From NCBI RefSeq assembly GCF_009834535.1, contig NC_045696.1, positions 1,364,001 to 1,428,000 on the forward strand: DNA of 64,000 nt. The letters are read 5' to 3'. Positions 63,222 through 64,000 of this stretch are shown here, one piece after another (the stretch's first letter is position 1; every line of letters starts with the position of its first letter). The stretch is from Camelus ferus (Eukaryota). The notes under the pieces are model-generated. The model did not search any database and had not been told where the DNA came from. It was given only the letters and a program-made list of their open reading frames with translations. The position numbers and the translations under genes are program-made.

Positions 63222-64000
63222 TGACAGGGAGCAGGACCCTGTGCCCCGCCCCCCGACCCCGCATCCTGTTTATAGGGAAGCTGGCCTCCCAGGCTCCCCG
63301 AGTCACAGACGCACAGCTCCAGCAGTGGACGAGGACAATGCTGCAGGCACTGGGGGCGGCACCCACTCTGACCATCTGCCCCAGCCAGTAATTGAGATCA
63401 TTCCTTCATTTCCCTATAAAACTCCACCACTGAACAGAATATTTGGAGACGGGTTGAGGGGGTGCTGGGTCCACCAGACTGCAGGCATTTTGATTAAAAG
63501 CAACTTTTCTTTTGTTACCAAGGCAGTTGCCCCAGGATCGCACTCCTGCCCTCCCCCAAATAGAAACCAGCTACTCTTATCTTAGTCCCCAGAGGCAGCT
63601 GCAGAGAAGAAACACGAACTGGCTAGAACCAAAGGAGTCCAAGATGGTGGAGGATCTGACTTCCAGTGGACCTTGAGCCTCATTGTCCGGTCACTGTAAT
63701 GTGTTAGCTGCTAAATGACACACCCACCAGCGCCATGACAGTTGCCAGTTGCCATGACAACAACCGGAAAAGCCCACAGGAAGACTGAAAAGCCCGTACA
63801 AGGACTGACTGGCTCCATCAACCCAGAAGGAGGCATGGTAGTGGAAGCCCCTCGTCAAAGTCCACGTGGCCCGACGCTGGCTGGCGCCGTCCCTGCCGCC
63901 AATGTTGGCTGACGGCTCCCCACATCTCTTCCTCTTCCAGCGCCGCCTCCTCGCTCGAGAGCTGTTCTCCCCTCCTCCCTGCTCCAGCACTTTCCTTCCC
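63222..64000 (+). mobile_element. ERV1-type LTR sequence (possibly two adjacent or nested LTRs), runs off the window
   Basis: TG start at the L1 breakpoint, CTATAAAA ~63415, ATTAAA ~63493. Then CAAGATGGTGG and CCCACCAGCGCCATGACAGTT...GCCATGACAAC, motifs typical of MER41-like ERV1 LTRs. Confidence 0.6.

Overview
Mammalian genomic DNA, almost certainly camelid (alpaca/llama/camel): it carries four Vic-1-type tRNA-derived SINEs and artiodactyl-type L1 3' ends. The window is a very GC-rich, repeat-strewn region, and I cannot support any protein-coding exon. The ORF track is mostly chance ORFs in stop-poor GC-rich sequence plus decayed L1 ORF2 remnants. At the left end, a strong CpG island (~370-2300) holds the promoter and an ATG-less first exon (~1523-1740, donor GAG|GTGAGG) of a minus-strand gene running off the window. 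This exon resembles, from memory, exon 1 of human ADARB1 (ADAR2); the assignment is tentative. The remaining ~62 kb would then be its upstream intergenic region. It contains old and young L1s, ERVL/MaLR and ERV1 LTRs, hAT DNA-transposon relics and L2/MIR remnants. It also contains an orphan CpG island (~49.2-50.0 kb) and several AT-rich, motif-dense non-repeat islands that are candidate enhancers. The most notable structures are a solo LTR with a ~24-bp-periodic CCAAT/octamer array, a higher-order GC-rich minisatellite in intron 1, and TSD-flanked L1 insertions truncated down to a bare poly(A). I see no convincing new multi-gene system. Repeat family names come from recalled consensus motifs, and boundaries of old repeats are approximate.
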